Positions 27,811-42,944 of a DNA stretch of 64,000 bases are shown here, piece by piece (the first letter of the stretch is position 1; each line of letters starts with the position of its first letter). Location: contig OX597818.1 in the NCBI GenBank assembly GCA_951406725.2, positions 117,614,001 to 117,678,000 of the forward strand. The letters are read 5' to 3'. Under the pieces are notes generated by a model. That model saw only the letters and a program-made list of their open reading frames with translations. It was not told the DNA's origin and did not search any database. Source of the DNA: Octopus vulgaris. Taxonomy: Eukaryota. The position numbers were made by a program, and so were the translations under genes.

Positions 27811-28964
27811 TGTTGTTGTTTCACTTGACTCAGCTCGCGATATTTATACATTCGAATTATCAATAAATTATCTGTCTCCTGATCAACCTAAATTGTACAG
27901 ATTTATGACCGATAGCATCAGCATCTTAACAACAAACTAATCATCATCCTTTACATCTGTTTCAATTAATACTCAATGAATATCAATTAAATAGTAATTT
28001 TTATGTCCTGAGCACAATATCATACAGTCTGCTATAATAAATCCATAAACACATATAAAACATGGCATATTTTTCCCTTTGAAGATATATTCAAATTATC
28101 AATACAATAAGCAGTTTAAACACATATAGCGAATTAAATTCATAATATATATACTTCCCTAACAAATTGATATCATTTGAATTTTTTACTGGCTACCATC
28201 ATAAATTTTTTCTCTCTTAAGCTCTGAATTTAAGTATACACATGTTTTTGAAACACACTGAGTACAAACATGTCAATTTTCGACACCTTGTCTGTAAACC
28301 CCTTTATATTTTTGGCAGAACAAATAACACTGCCGTATTGACACCACCAAAATACTTCTTCACTTTCAAAACTATTCTGCGGTTACCTGAAAATCACATA
28401 AAAGTCTATAATACTATTTGAAATATGCTAGACACTGTCAAGTTAAATTTTTCAAAATCTGTATTGCTTCGCACAGAAACTGCCATTGTATATTTTGATC
28501 ATCTCCAAATAACATCAACACTATAGCTTTTGAAATTATTGCGATAACATTTTATAACAACAAAAAGAAACGCAGGCACACACACACACACATACACACG
28601 CTCGGCTACTCTTTAACAATAATGCAGTCAAACCTGCACAACAGCGTTTGGCGGTAATTGTTGGATTGATGAAGTAGCCATATTGAATTGTCTGAAAACA
28701 ATTAAGACAGTGAAACAACGGCTACAAGTGTTGTTTGGAACAAAAAAACAATGCAAATAAATATAATTTGAAGAAGTTTTAGTCGGAGACGAAGGCAGCA
28801 CAGATGCTGAATCTGTCATGCCCAGATATTGAATCAAATGAATGCTTTGTCTTTTGCTTTTCCATCTAAAGTATACTTGGAAATTTTTAGTGGTGATGTT
28901 GCATAATTCGCAACCCACTGCTTCATATTCATGTCTCATTGTATGTACGTGTCTGCATGCATGT

Positions 28965-29530
<566 letters not shown>

Positions 29531-29546
29531 TATATATATATATATA

Positions 29547-29595
<49 letters not shown>

Positions 29596-29977
29596 TTCGC
29601 ACCTAACGAGCGGGGTGGTATCAATCAAAAGCTAAAACGGTGTAAAGTACATTGTGACCAGCAATATATATCAACATCTGATAGTCTGGTCGATCCCTGG
29701 CTTCCAAGTGGTAGTTCACAGACTGGGCGTAGCGTTGTCTTCTTGAGCAAAGCACTTCAATTCACGTTGCTCTGCGATCATTTCGCCATCTGACATGTGA
29801 CACATGGTGCATCTATACAGGTGATGTCAATTTAATGGACGGAGTGAGCTTATGTATACGAAAGCATCTGATCACTATAAACAAATCATTCGTGTGGTTG
29901 TTCAGCTATAAATTGCTGAATCCTCATATGTTATATAACGACGGGAGAGTCCATGATACATATAAAAAGGAAAGAAC

Positions 29978-30190
29978 GTTTACATCCCTTTCAATTAATA
30001 ATTAACGAATATTAATTAAATATTAAATTCATATGGCCTGAGCATATCTTATAGTCTGCTATAATGAATTCATAAGCACATATAAAACATCCAAGGGAAT
30101 AGATTTCCCTCTGAATATATTATAACAAGGTCATATGAATTTAATATTTAATTAATATTCACTAACTATTAATTGAAACAGAAGTAAGGG
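29978..30190. repeat. AT-rich inverted-repeat element (MITE-like); related one-armed copy at 27925-28090
   Basis: 'tttcaattaataattaacgaatattaattaaatattaaattcatatggcc' pairs with 'ggtcatatgaatttaatatttaattaatattcactaactattaattgaaa'. Confidence 0.7.
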
Positions 30191-30395
30191 ATGATAATTA
30201 ATTTATTGTTAATAAGCAATTATTAACTTCCACGTCACCATTTTCTTTTTTCTTCTTTTATATGAATATAAACTATATGTTATTATATATATACCTATTA
30301 TTTTAAGGCAATTAATTCCCCCAAAATAATAGGTATTGAACTAGTATTTCCTTGGATAAAACCATCCCTTCATGAGGTTAACATAGCCTCTAATC

Positions 30396-30430
<35 letters not shown>

Positions 30431-30491
30431 TAAAAAAAGTAAGATAACAAAAGAAAGAAAGAAACCTCAATAATATGTAAATAGTGGAATT

Positions 30492-30735
30492 TATCTGTAA
30501 AAGTAATATGTGACAATTATTCGGTAGCCATGATAAAACTCTGAGTTTCGGATGCTGGTGTGGAAATCCACACCACCATCTCTTCAGTTATCCGGCCATC
30601 GGAAAAAAAAGAAATACCCACCTTTTTTTTCGATGGCCGTATAACCGAAGAGATGGTGGTATAGATTTTCACCTCGGCATCCGAAACCAAGAGTTTTATC
30701 TTGGTTACCGAATAATTGCCACATATTACATTTAC

Positions 30736-30740
<5 letters not shown>
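30492..30740. repeat. Fold-back element (arms about 115 bp) between (TA)n tracts; Penelope pLTR-like
   Basis: 'tatctgtaaaagtaatatgtgacaattattcggtagcc' pairs with 'ggttaccgaataattgccacatattacatttacagata'. Confidence 0.85.
30527..30597 (-). ncRNA. Minimal type I hammerhead ribozyme (predicted)
   Basis: Minus strand: GAUAA-CUGAAGA-[GAUGGUGGUGUGGA UU UCCACACCAGCAUC]C-GAAA-CUC A GAG-UU-UUAUC. Helix I GAUAA/UUAUC, intact core, long helix II, short helix III, GUU cleavage triplet. Confidence 0.65.
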
Positions 30741-30782
<42 letters not shown>

Positions 30783-31663
30783 AGTATGTGTGTGTATGCC
30801 CATTTAACGAACGATAAATTATGTAATTATGTATTTCTACAACTCCGTTTTACAGAAAAGTATCCAAATAAATGTGAAGGTTCCCAATGTGAGATATGTA
30901 CCAACTATTCAAATACAAGTGTACCAACCTGAAAATAAAAATCACACGGAAATTTCTCCAAAATTTAAACATGAATATGAATATGTGGTGTGAAACCCGG
31001 CTGCTTGCGAACTATATACTGTGTTTGATATTAATGTTATTTCCGATGTCTCAAAGTTAGGTTATTTAGAGCTTTTTCCTATATTTAAGTTCAGCAGCAA
31101 TAAATCAATAAATTCTAAAGAAAAAGTCAGAATAAACTCTGTATTCTTATAGACTCTTCCCATTTCACGTAATTTTCCTTATGCGTTGTGTAATGTTTTC
31201 TTCTCTTTAAAAAAAAATGTTTTTATGAAATTCTTTCTTGCATTTGATGTTCTGATCTTCATTTTATTGCTTTGTTTTGCATTGTACTTGTTTTTGTTTT
31301 ATTATTATCATTTCTGATTCAACTATTACAACGTTATATATACATACATAAACACATATACATACATATATGTGTGTATGTATGTATGTATGTATGTATG
31401 TATGTATGTATGTATGTATGTATGTATGTATGTATGTACGTATGTATATATGTGTGTGTATGTATGTATGTATGTATGTATGTACGTATGTATATGTGTG
31501 TGTGTATATATATATAGTTAATCAATAATTTCCGTTTTTATTTAAAGTTGCTCGACGAAAATAAATGTGTTTGTGTATTTGTGCATGTATACATACATAA
31601 TATATACATATATCTACACACATACATACATACATCTACACACACACATACATACATTCATAC

Positions 31664-31704
<41 letters not shown>

Positions 31705-31708
31705 TGCT

Positions 31709-31740
<32 letters not shown>

Positions 31741-32309
31741 CAGAAAGAAAGAGAAAGAGAGAGTGAGAGTGACAGAAGGGGAGTTAAGAAAAAGCAGAAT
31801 GAAAACTGCCGCAGAACGCATAAAAAACAAAAGAAAACATTTCGTTGACTAGTAATATATGTTCGTGTTGTCTTTAATGTGTCCCTTCTCTTATTTTCTT
31901 GTGTTTTATAAGATTTTATCATTGTTTGTCCATCTATATGTTGCTTCATTTAATCTCTCAGACTTGTGTCTTGAAATCCCGCCAGGCTCGTTTCAGTTCT
32001 GAGGTATAGTCCCATTGTAAGAAATCATATTTTTTCCCCTCCACTGTTATGCAGAAACTAGGCAAAGTTTGAAATGAAATGTGTTCTGTTATTTAACCAC
32101 GCGAAATCTTCGAGTTGGTAAAATTGTTAGAGTATTGACAAAATATGTTTTTTGCTATGTATTCAAGCTTTTGATATTCTAAGTTCAAATCCTGCCAAGG
32201 CTAACTTTGCTACTTGTTCTTCCAGTGTATAATGAAATAATGTATCACTCAAGTGTAGATAGAAGTCGATGAAAAAACAAGCATTTCATCGGTTAGGACG
32301 ATGACACGT

Positions 32310-32570
32310 TGCTGATGATCCTAGCAGCCTGCTCGTAATATTAACGTCCAAGTGGTTGAGTACAGCAAAAACACGAATAACCTCAAAAACAAAAAGACAA
32401 AAGTTGTGATTCTCAAAGAGATTCAATGTCACAGTACAGGTACAACACATTTTTGTACTGGGTGATAGTGAAATAAAATATCTTGTGCAAAGGACTCGAA
32501 TTCACCAGAACTCGAACTCACAATCATGAGCCGAATACCTCTACCTACTAAACCACGCGCCTTCACAGAG
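32310..32570 (-). mobile_element. Degenerate tRNA-derived SINE (D-type head; tail shared with family C)
   Basis: Head remnant at 32510-32565; 'cagcctgctcgtaatattaacgtccaagtggttgag' also present at 38155-38190. Confidence 0.55.
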
Positions 32571-33164
32571 GTAATGATATCAACTGATCCCTAATTATTG
32601 CAGACTTTGCATCTAAGTCAGAAAGAAATGTTTGCTGTGTTGTGTGGAGGAGCTGATGAAATGGTTAGTCGGTGGGGCAAACGCTTTCTGGTTATTCGTT
32701 CCGGCTCAATGCGTTCATACTTCAAATCTTGCCGAAGTTTAATTTGCTTATCATCTTTTTAAAGCCGATTAAATAGATTACCAGTAAGTGTGAGTAGATG
32801 CTGTCAAATAACCCTCTCTGCTCAAAAGTTCTGGTCCCAAAATGGCTACTTTATATTTTGAACACGAGAGCAGAGCGCGTCCGACTTCGTCTGTCACTTT
32901 CCTTCAGATTCGATGAAAATAAGAAATAGTCAGTTCTCTGCGAAAGGTTGGTATGCATTCAACCAACTGCCCAGTGGTCTTTATGTGGTCTGTCGACCTG
33001 CCAGGTATACTGACATTATCTCCATCAAACCACACTGACGAACCTGTCGAGCTAAATTTGAAAGTTTGCATAAAAGTAAATCAAAGCAAAATATCTCATC
33101 CAAAAATAACAGTATTTAAAAGAAATCAAAAATATCAACTAGATTATGGCTGGGATATAACAGT

Positions 33165-33918
33165 TTACTCAAAGTAGCCCTCCTCCGCTTCCACCATTGT
33201 TTCAAGACAACCCTTGAACCTGGTACATGATTTCCTTACTGTGTCTCTGAGATCTCGGAACAGCTTCATCTTGCCCACCAGCTTGGCTTTGGTGCTGCAG
33301 GCAGGGCCGTTGATATTTTTCTCAACTGCACTCCAGACACAGTAATCCATCAGTTAACGATCGAGGGGGTTAAGAGGCCATAAATTGGACCGGCGATGAC
33401 GTAAAAATTCTCCGCCAATCACTTCTGACCTTTCCCCGGGGGCGTGTAAATAAGCCAAATCCTACTGCCAGACATATGGCCTTCCAGTAGAAACCTTCTC
33501 CAGCCAGGGATTAAACTCCTGTAGCATCACATAGCCACAGGAATTGATGCTAAGCAATGTTTGAAGATGCGAGGATCAATTCCAGGATACGGATGAAGTC
33601 AGAATATTTGCTGTGTCCCTCCCTGCTGGCTACGTCTTCCGAGTCTTAGTTGTAACTGCACATGTCTTGATTTTACAGTCTTTTACCGAGTTCACGGAGC
33701 ATTGACTGAGCAGCAGTCATGATACGGACATTTTCGCTCTCGTCACAAATCATCATAATGGCAGTAAATCTTTTTCAATTCAGAGGGCGTCCAATCCTCC
33801 ATGTCAGCTAACATTTTCTAAACTACAACTTTAATATTTATGCCTTTCAACGCCATTGACTGTTCCTGAAAGAAAAATGAAAAAAAGAAATCGTCAAATT
33901 TTGCCCAAACACCCGGTT
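33165..33918 (-). mobile_element. Tc1/mariner-superfamily transposase remnant
   Basis: GRPYVWQ*DLA..., MDYCVWSAVEK...VRKSCTRFKGCLETMVEAEEGYFE* is the typical C-terminal signature; TIR-like 'CCGGGTGTTTGGGCAAAA' at about 33900-33917. Confidence 0.8.
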
Positions 33919-34254
33919 ATATTCACAATGGGGAGAAAATACTTCACGGTTTTAATCCTGAAATGATATTTAGTTGTTGTCTTCTTCTTCCAATCAGGAC
34001 TCACGCCATTAGCCACAAAGAATAATCTCTAATTCGAGCCTACTCTAAGCTACTAAGAATGCGTAGATCCACACCCCACATGCGATAGACTGGCGGTTGC
34101 ACGGGCGCGAATGCTACGTTGTTATCCTCATTCCGTAAACGGTGGCTTTAAACGGGTGGAGAGCTGAACCATCCTGGAGTACAGAGGATTGGCAATCTAG
34201 ACTAGGGTCTGAAAGTTTACCACACCATAGTGGATTACACCATGGTTCCTCTGC

Positions 34255-34455
34255 TTTGTGTCAGAAGTAGGAAGAAAGCGTGAGAAAGTTGTTGTGAAAG
34301 AGTACAGCGGGGTTCACCACCCTCCTCCCGCCGGAGCGTCGTGGAGCCTAGGTATTCTTGCGCAATAAACACTCTCAATGCTCGGTCTGGGAATCGAAAC
34401 CGCGTTCTTACGACCACGAGTCCGCTGCCCTAACCACTGGGCCATTGCACCTCCA
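34255..34455 (-). mobile_element. SINE family C, 5' part
   Basis: Head TGGCCCAGTGGTTAGGGCAGCGGACTCGTGGTCG...GGTTTCGATTCCC. Confidence 0.8.
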
Positions 34456-34879
34456 CTTTAGTTGTTGATTTATCGTCCAATATATGATATTATAACACAG
34501 GTCAAACATGAAAACATTTCAATCATCACCATGCGGAGCAATTTTCTTCTTTTATTTTAAGACGTTCTGGAACAAGAGCCAGGATGTCTTATGGGTCCCT
34601 GCTTTCAAAAGTTTATTACAATTTTAGTTACAAGCAGTTCGAGCGAGCAACAATTTGGAGGCCCTCTTTGTAAATCGAGAAGGCCCTTCAAGTCCTACCT
34701 TAACCTCAAATATTTCCCTCTCTCTCTCTCCCTCTTTTCAGCTTTCATTCTTTCATTATATTTCATTCTTTATTTTTCTTTCTATCTTCCTTTCTTTCTC
34801 TCTTACTTACTGCCTTTTTTCTTTCTTTGTTTCTTTTCTTCTTTGTTTCTTTCTTTCTTCCTTCCTCTCCAGTTTACTA

Positions 34880-35350
<471 letters not shown>

Positions 35351-35971
35351 ATCTATGTCAGCCTCTGTCCTGCTTCACTCATCACCCACTTCTTCCTCTC
35401 TATTCTTCGGTATCTCTTTATTTTTCTTATTTTCTTTTATGAACGACATTACTGGAAGTCAATGATCAATTAATGAGAAGCCCAAAACCCCAATTGCAAA
35501 TTGCAACATGCATTTCCCACTCCCTTCCAAGTAGATACTAAACAAGTAAACACGGACTGACTAACATGTACATGTATAATCGACGATATATATAATTCAT
35601 TTCCAAAACACACACACATTTCTAAAACACACACACACACACCTATACATAGGCAAATGTACACTCATTCACGTATACATACATCACACAACCTATCAAA
35701 AGTACATGCACACATATAGATATGCATGCATACATATATATATACATATCTACAAAGATGTGTATGTATGCGTAGACGCTCAGAGATACGCACTGTAAGT
35801 AGCAGAACTAAACACATAACAACAGAAACATGATCGAGGTTATTGATCGAATTATCGACATGGGAAATCCGCATGAAGATGAAAGGATGGTATGTGCTCG
35901 TATCTGTACATATACACGTGTGTGCGCATGTGATTGCGTGTGTATCGATACAGGCATATATATATGTATGC

Positions 35972-36004
<33 letters not shown>

Positions 36005-36365
36005 TGTATGTATGTATGCACACATTTATACACACAAAACTGTCACACAATATAGGTATACACACATGTTTATGATATTTATTTCTATTTGTTTGTGGGG
36101 ATTGATTATTGAGTTTGCAAGATAGATAGAGGAATGAAGTGGAAGCGAGGGAAACCCCCTCGTAAAGATGAGAATAAGCTGATCAAGGACAAGGGGAATT
36201 ATGCTATCAGATAAAGAGACAGGTAGTCAGTCAGCCAGTCAGCCAGTCAGCCAGTCAATCAGTCAGATAATAGCGGGTTGGAGGGAGATGAAGGTGATGG
36301 GGAGGAGATAAAGAAAAAAAGAAAGAAAGAGAGGGAGAAAAAGAGAGAGAGATGAAGACATTTAT

Positions 36366-36398
<33 letters not shown>

Positions 36399-36548
36399 TA
36401 GGTGAGGTGTGCGTACGTGTGTCTGTGTGTAGGTGTGTGCGCGTGTGTGCGTATTCGATTTGAAGAGTGTAAGAAGGAGAGAGTGGGAAAGCACTTGAAG
36501 GAGAAACACGTTCAGACGGGAAATAGAAGAGAAAGTATACTCATTCAG

Positions 36549-36607
<59 letters not shown>

Positions 36608-37330
36608 CATGTACACACACACACATGTACACACACACACACACACACAACCAGGCACATTCAATCACACACAACCAGACACATTCACACACAGACACAC
36701 ATTCACACACCGACACATACACACAGACACGCACACACTCACACGCACACACTCACGCTCATACACACGCGCACACACACACATTTCAAGAACATTGCTA
36801 ATGGGGAGAATGAGATAGCTAGAGACAGACGCACAGACAGACATACAGAGAAACAGACAGGCAGACAGACAGTCAGAGAGGCTGAGTGGCAATCAGACTG
36901 ATCGTCAGAGAGGGAGAGTTATATGGTGTGAGAGGGGAGATATGGGTTTTCTTGAACGTTTTCGAGAGGAGAGGAAGCGGCGGAGAGTAAGGAGCAGACG
37001 AACTGGGTTACAGGTCTTTCGTTTACGTATTCGAAACGGCGTACAACATATCGCTTTCTGAAACTAAACACAAGAACAAAAATCTAAATAAATACAATTT
37101 ATACTCTCTCTCTCTCTCTCTCTCTCTCACAGACACACACACACACACAGACACACACACGCACATACACATGCACACTCATATTACACACGGTTTCACA
37201 GGAACAACAAGTTCGGGCGGTGTGTGCACGCAAGTGTCAGGATATTAAATATAGGCTGATTATATTCCAGGACTTTTTTTTTTTTGATACGTACGTGAAG
37301 CTCGCTTCATTTTGTTATTATTATTTTGCT

Positions 37331-37950
37331 AAGGCAGCGAGCTGGCAGAAACGTTAGCACACCGGGCGAAATGCGTAACCGTATTTCGTCTGCCGTTACG
37401 TTCTGAGTTCAAATTCCGCCGAGGTCGACATTGCCTTTCATCCTTTCGGGGTCGATTAAATAAGTACCGGTTACGCACTAGGGTCGACATAATCGACTTA
37501 ATCCGTTTGTCTGTTCTTGTTTGTCCTTTCTGTGTTTAGCTCCTTGTGGGTAGTAAAGAAATAGGCATTTCGTCTGCCGCTACGTTCTGAGTTCAAACTC
37601 CGCCGAGATCGACTTTACCTTTCATCCTTTCGGGGTCAATAAATTAAGTACCAGTTACGCACTCGAGTCGATGTAATCGACTTAATCCGTTTGTCTGTCC
37701 TTGTTTGTCCCCTCTGTGTTTAGCCCCTTGTGGGCAATAAAAAAATAAGAAACGTTAGCACGCCGGGCGAAACGCTTAGCAGTATTTAGTCTATCTTCAC
37801 CTTCTGAGTTCAAAATTTCCCGACGTCGAATTTGCATTTCATCCTTTCGAGGTCGATAAATCAAGTATCAGTTGCGTACTGGGGTTGATCTAATCGACTG
37901 GCTCCCTCCCCAAAAGTTTCGGGCCTTGTGCCTGGAGTAGAAAAGATTAT
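37331..37950 (+). mobile_element. Tandem trimer of SINE family B
   Basis: Three head-to-tail units (37331-37563, 37564-37748, 37749-37950); the first two end in tail type 1, the third in tail type 2. Confidence 0.9.
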
Positions 37951-38124
37951 TATTTTCCTTTCTGAAGGCGCATGGCTTAGTGGTTCGGGCATTCGGATCA
38001 TGATGGTAAGGTCGTGAGTCCAATTCCCGGCGACGTATTATGTCCTTTAGCAAGACATTTCGCTTTTCACTTTTCGGTGTCGATAAGATCGTCGTCATCG
38101 CAGCCCTCCGTGGGTTACGACAAC

Positions 38125-38480
38125 AAGTGTCCCAGTTGATCCGATCAACGGAACAGCCTGCTCGTGAAATTAAAGTGTAAGTGGTTGCGCACTCCGCAGA
38201 CACGAGTACCCTTAAACCCTTAACCTAGTTCTCGGGGAGATTTAGCGTGACAAGGCTAACTCTTTGAAATACAGGTACAACAGAAACAGGAAGAATGAGT
38301 GAGAGAAAGTTGTAGTGAAAGAGTACAGCAGGGTTGGCCACCACCCCCTGCCGGAGCCTCGGGGAGCTTTAGGTGTTTTCGCTCAATAAACACTTACAAA
38401 GCCAAGTCTGGGAGTCAAAACCGCGACCGCACATCTGCGAGTCCGTTTCCCTAACCCCTGGGCTATTGCGCCCCCACCTC
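38125..38480 (-). mobile_element. SINE family C variant
   Basis: 'gagagaaagttgtagtgaaagagtacagca...aggtgttttcgctcaataaacac...gcgagtccg...ctattgcgcc' matches 34255-34455. Confidence 0.8.
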
Positions 38481-38662
38481 GATAAGTAATAGCTGAAACC
38501 TGAGGTCGGTGTAATCGAATAACCCCCTCCTCCTCCAGCGAGTTTCCTGGCATCGTACCAAAATTTGAAACCATTATTATTCCCTTTTGATTTCATCGTT
38601 GCTGATTGTTGAAACCTATCAGAGCAGTGCAATAAATAATGAGTCCGACCATGACTCTAGGG

Positions 38663-38974
38663 CAGGGATTCCCAACCTTATTTTGCTTGCAGACCCTGAG
38701 AGCTATCTTATCATCTGTGAACCCCATATATGCACATGTAAAATTTTGAAATAATATATTTGTTTGTAGGTTAGTAAAAATTAACGGTGAAACATTCTCA
38801 TTATATTCACAACAAATTCCAGATACAAATCTTGAAAATTTCAATAAATACAGGTTCCTCTCTTATAAACAAAATTTATATATGGACGCACAAATTACAA
38901 TCTTTCACTTGTGGATCTCCTTAAAGCTTCTGTGGAACCCTGGGTTCCATGTGAATCCGAGTTGAGAGCCCCTG
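38663..38974. mobile_element. hAT (Charlie-like) MITE
   Basis: Termini CAGGGATTCCCAAC / GTTGAGAGCCCCTG; 8-bp flanks CTCTAGGG and CTCTAAAG (6/8 match), fitting the Charlie-type target. Confidence 0.75.
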
Positions 38975-39199
38975 CTCTAAAGTCTCTGTGTGTTTCAAAA
39001 TAATTATTTGTTAAGACGCAAGGGTGTGAGCAGAGAATAAATTGGTTGCGATATCGTGTAAGCTGAAGAAGTTGGTACGGAGAATAAGTGTTTGTTTTAA
39101 CAGTTTCCAACTTATGACAGTCCTTCGCCAAATAATCCGCCTCGCACTCAAAATGAGATTGTCATGATAAGGTATGATAATCTTAAAACTGGCTATAAT

Positions 39200-39430
39200 T
39201 GGTGTGGTTAGAGCATCTGACTCGCGGTCGAGGGATCGCGGGTTCGAATCTCAGACCGGGCGATGTGTGTTTATGAGTGAAACACCTAAGCTTCACGCGG
39301 CTCCGGCGAGAAGGTAATGACGAACTTCTGCTGACTCTTTCGCCACAACTTTCTCTCCAGGTGGAGAACCTATAAGCCAAGGAAACCGGCCCTTATGAGC
39401 CAGGCAGAGATTGAGAAGAAACAAACAACA
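39200..39430 (+). mobile_element. SINE family C with internal deletion
   Basis: Colinear with 4212-4512 but lacks the segment equivalent to about 4380-4432. Confidence 0.85.
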
Positions 39431-39439
39431 TAATTGGTA

Positions 39440-41170
39440 CCACCATACCAATTGCAAATGTTGGCACGAGGCCACCGATGTGCAAATCAATTACAATTCA
39501 ACTGATACTTATTTTATAACACACCCGGAAGTATGAAAAGAAAAGTCAATCTTGACGGAGATTGAACTGAGAACGTGAAGAACAGGATGCCGCTAAGCAT
39601 TTTGCACATACCCCCACCCTCGTGCTAACGATTCTTTCTACTATAGGTGCAAGGCCTGGATTTTGACCCCAGTACTCAATGGGTACTTGATTTATCGACC
39701 CCGAAAGGATGAAAGGCAAAGCAGACCTTGGCGGAATTTGAATTCAGAACGTAGCGGCAGACGAAACACTGCTAAGTATTTCGCCCGGCGTGTTAGCTCT
39801 TTTCTACTCTAGGCACAAGGCCCGAAATGTTGGGGGAGGGTGTCAGTCTATTAGATCGACCCCAATACATAACTGGTACTAAGTCGATTACATCGACCCT
39901 AGTGCGTAACTGGTACTTAATTTATCGACCCCGAAAGGATGAAGGGGAAAATCGACCTCGGTGGATTTTGAACTTAGAACGTAGCGGCACACGCAATACC
40001 GCTAAGCTATTTCGTGTTAAAGATTGTGCCAGCTAGTCGCTTAAACTGATACGATCACATTACTGGTACTAGTTTATCCCACGATTATTGAGGGTACTAT
40101 CAATTCCACAGAACGTTCCCAAGAGTCTCATAATGCATTTATCTAACACAGCAGTCTACTGTGTTTAGTATCCACAATTTTCCGTTAAAATCGAGTGAAA
40201 CATCAATAATAACAAAAATAGCTATAATAATTTCTAATTTAGGTCAAGGCCAGCAATTTTGAAAGGAGGGTTTTAGTCGATTTGATATTAATACTTGATT
40301 CCTGCTTTATTTTACGAAGGGTAAAAATCGATGTTGATACCGGGGTCGGAGTGGGGTTGATCTCGGCGTGGACAGAGCCTCAACGAATGTCGATGTGACG
40401 TATTGCTCGACATTAACGATTTTTCCCAGTTCACCGGTGTTAATTAATGATATTTTCTAGTTTGAGGAACAAAGCCTGTTCATTTTGTTTTTTCGGTGGT
40501 GGTGATAGTCTATTACATCAACCCCAGAACTCCTCTGGTACATATTTCATTAGGATTATAGGCAAAATTAATCTCAGCTGAATTGGAACTTGACATTAGC
40601 TAAGTATTATACTAATCCCTTCTACTATAGTCAGAAGGTCTGAAATTTTGGAAGGGAAGAATCCAGGTGACTACAGCAATCCTAGTGTTCGAGAGTCAAA
40701 GCCGATCTCAGTGGAATCTGAACTCAGAACATAAATTTGGAATAAAGGTCATGAGGCATTTTGTTCGGCGTGGTACCGACTCTACCAACAATAATGACAA
40801 TCTTTCCTCCTATAGAAGCGAAGCCTGAAATTTCTCTGGTGTGGATAAGTCGATTCCATCGACTCCACCACCACCAGCAACATCACCGCTAGTACACAGC
40901 TAGTACTTATTTTATCGACTCCGAAAAGATGAAAGGCAAAGTCAATCATGGCAGAATTAATAATAATAATAATAATAAACCTTTTTACTGGAAGCACAAT
41001 GCCTCACATTTGGGGGAAGGGATTAAGTCGATTACATCGACCCCAGTGCGAAACAGGTACTTACCTAATCGAACCGAAAGGACGAAAGATAAAGTCAGTG
41101 TCTGCGGCATTTAAACGCAGACTGCAAAGATGGACGAAAGTCCACTAAGCATTTTATTCGGCGTGCTAAA
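39440..41170 (-). mobile_element. Cluster of several SINE family B copies and fragments
   Basis: Repeated 'atcgaccccgaaaggatgaaaggcaaag...ggcggaatttgaa' motifs at about 39520, 39695, 39925, 40915 and 41065, plus more decayed copies. Confidence 0.8.
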
Positions 41171-41182
41171 TATTCAGCCTTC

Positions 41183-41240
<58 letters not shown>

Positions 41241-41254
41241 TATTAATATTAATA

Positions 41255-41790
41255 AATGCCCCGATGCATTACCAGACATTGGCTCTCATGCCTTCTCATC
41301 TTAACTGATTGGAAATGTTATCATGTACATTGCTTTGTCTTGGTTTAAAAGATGGACTACAGCAAATATTCTGCTCAATGCCACAGATTTGCTTGTCAGT
41401 TGTTTGACCTTAATCGGTTGAGCATGTCCCTTAGCGGCTGACGACATATGCATCTCTGACCACGAGCAGAAGTATGTTGAGAGGGATTCTTTGGGGTTTG
41501 AATAATTCACCGCAGGAAACATGGGTGTTTCGTTCAACATCCTTAAACAACCCTTATTCAGGGATCTTTTGAGCGGGATGGGTTACTCGACTAGAAGAAA
41601 ATTCTAACTGCGCCCCACCTCCAAGGTCATGCGCTATTTATCTTGATATGAGATCACCATGTGGCACATATATGATTGTGATAATTGTGCCTAGTGTACC
41701 CTTACCAGCCGGGTTGTCATGATGGGTATACTGGGCTTCGTATATTTTACCCCAGTGTCCATTCGATGGCATGCACTGCTCTGTCACACA
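41255..41790. other. Unclassified insert between (TAA)n and (CTA)n/(GAT)n/(AAT)n tracts, probably an interspersed repeat
   Basis: Higher-GC block with sharp microsatellite boundaries; no ORF with recognisable motifs; single copy in this window. Confidence 0.3.
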
Positions 41791-41802
41791 ATACTACTAC
41801 TG

Positions 41803-41847
<45 letters not shown>

Positions 41848-41856
41848 ATACTGAAT

Positions 41857-41893
<37 letters not shown>

Positions 41894-41894
41894 C

Positions 41895-41943
<49 letters not shown>

Positions 41944-42587
41944 GTTGCAAATTTGGGCACGGGTGGGGGAGGAAGTTGATTCCAACGATCATACTACGTG
42001 ACTTGTGCGTATATTACAGCCGTCAAAAAGATGAATGGCAGAGTCGATCTTGGCCGAATGTGAAAGGAAAGCGTAAACCCGGAAGAAGAAAAACATCATT
42101 TTACATTTTTCACATTGCAACTGAGACTTTTGCTCATTCAATGAACCGGGTAAATAAAGAGAAAGAATAAACCGGTGATTATGTTTTGTTTTATTTTTTG
42201 GTGTTCCTGCTTCATCGTCGACCCCCAAAAATGAAAGTGAAAGTTGAAACTTCCGAATTTAGATAAATACCTTATTTTAGTGTGCGATGGGGCTTGCACA
42301 AAATAAATAAATAAATAAATAAATGAATAAAGAAAGAAAGAAAGAAAGGAAGAAAGAAAGAAGGAAAAAGTCTAGAATGGGAAGAGATAAGAAATTTATA
42401 GTATAAAAGAAATGTTTTAGCTCTCTCTCTCTCCCTCTCTGCTCTTTCTCTCTACTCTCTTATATGTTTTTAATCAATTTACGACGAAACAAAAGTGGTC
42501 CGATTTTGATAATTATTATATAAATCAAGTAATGTATGTATAAATGTGAGTATATATATATACATATATATATACATATACATACAT

Positions 42588-42633
<46 letters not shown>

Positions 42634-42869
42634 TGGAAGTTGGAAGTTAAAGTGACTTCGAATTCTCACCCGCATCTGGTGTAAGACACGTTTTGTAAAA
42701 GCTTCGAAGTCACTGTCACAATCTCAACGATAAATACATGAACATATGTGTTTACTACCACATATTAAATTGTATTGCCTTAATACTGGTTGCTTTTACA
42801 TATATAGCTAAAAACCATTTAATTATTGATATATGTATAAATGTTTGCATATATGTAAGTATGCATGCT

Positions 42870-42944
<75 letters not shown>

